NCBI GenBank assembly: GCA_012295275.1
Contig: CM022675.1
Location: forward strand, 14,322,001 to 14,386,000
Reading direction: 5' to 3'
Origin: Chrysomallon squamiferum
Taxonomy: Eukaryota > Animalia > Mollusca
Length of the DNA: 64,000 nt
The translations under genes were made by a program, and so were the position numbers. The notes under the pieces are model-generated. The model was not told the DNA's origin, made no database searches, and saw only the letters and a list, made by a program, of their open reading frames with translations. Every line of letters begins with the position of its first letter. Within the stretch, counting starts at the first letter, position 1. This document shows positions 63,424-64,000 of this stretch, piece by piece.

Positions 63424-63544
63424 CCACTATTACTACTAATACTATTACTCTTACTACCACTATTACTACTAATACTATTACTCTTACTACCACTATTACT
63501 ACTAACACTATTACTCTTACTACCACTATTACTACTAATACTAT
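63424..63544. repeat. 33-bp minisatellite (~3.7 copies)
   Basis: Unit ccactattactactaatactattactcttacta starts at 63424, 63457, 63490 and 63523. Confidence 0.9.
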
Positions 63545-64000
63545 GTCTGCTAATGATCTTGCTCTTACTACTAATCATAGTAGTTGTATTGATAGTAAAT
63601 ACTAACGATAAAAAAAAAAGAACCTAGAAATAAAATGAATACTAGTTATACATTTAATTTCTCTCACTCAGATTTTCAGAATCTCTTTCACAGTTAGTAA
63701 CGTTTGTGGGGTGACTGCTGTTAGAAAACATGCCTGATTTATTTACACTATTACCTTATCACCACATCTGTTCAACGCTTGGTTACCATGTAGATGTCTG
63801 TTTCGGTGCATTTCGTCATAACCGAATAAACCCGAGAAAGTGCGAATGAGTTTCGGGCCGAACAAGTCATGCGCAATGCTTGAGTGCAAAGATTAAAACA
63901 TCGTTATCGTAAACGACTCTTTAATTAATACACATATCCAGTTACAACCACTTTTTTAAAACTGTTTTCTTTTTTGTTGTTGTTTTTTTACCTCTGTAAA

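Noticed and set aside
63321-63578. Ser/Asn-repeat ORF on the minus strand
   Set aside because: Product of a 33-bp minisatellite derived from (TAC)n; no supporting gene structure.

Overview
AT-rich, microsatellite-rich animal genomic DNA. A non-vertebrate, possibly molluscan/lophotrochozoan origin is inferred from composition and protein divergence but is not proven. I reconstructed three spliced protein-coding genes by hand with phase-consistent GT-AG introns: NCAPG2 (condensin II subunit G2; + strand, 28 coding exons, 4566-20911, ~1220 aa), TTC25/ODAD4 (ciliary outer dynein arm docking TPR protein; - strand, 12 coding exons, 22459-30412, ~563 aa, convergent with NCAPG2) and an engrailed homeobox gene (+ strand, 2 exons, 43609-49869). 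Engrailed sits in a ~33 kb otherwise gene-free region of CpG-containing, TAATTA-rich islands separated by simple repeats. Splice signals at 326-3626 suggest a divergent, apparently non-coding spliced transcript upstream of NCAPG2. The most striking unexplained pattern is repeated tandem amplification of splice sites. A 68-bp minisatellite carries a branch point and a 3' splice site in every unit and ends exactly at the engrailed homeobox exon; any upstream copy gives an immediate stop and a homeodomain-less En. Two older 3'-splice-site arrays lie in NCAPG2 introns, and duplicated 5' splice sites lie in TTC25. Almost all ORFs in the supplied track are low-complexity or intron read-through artefacts.
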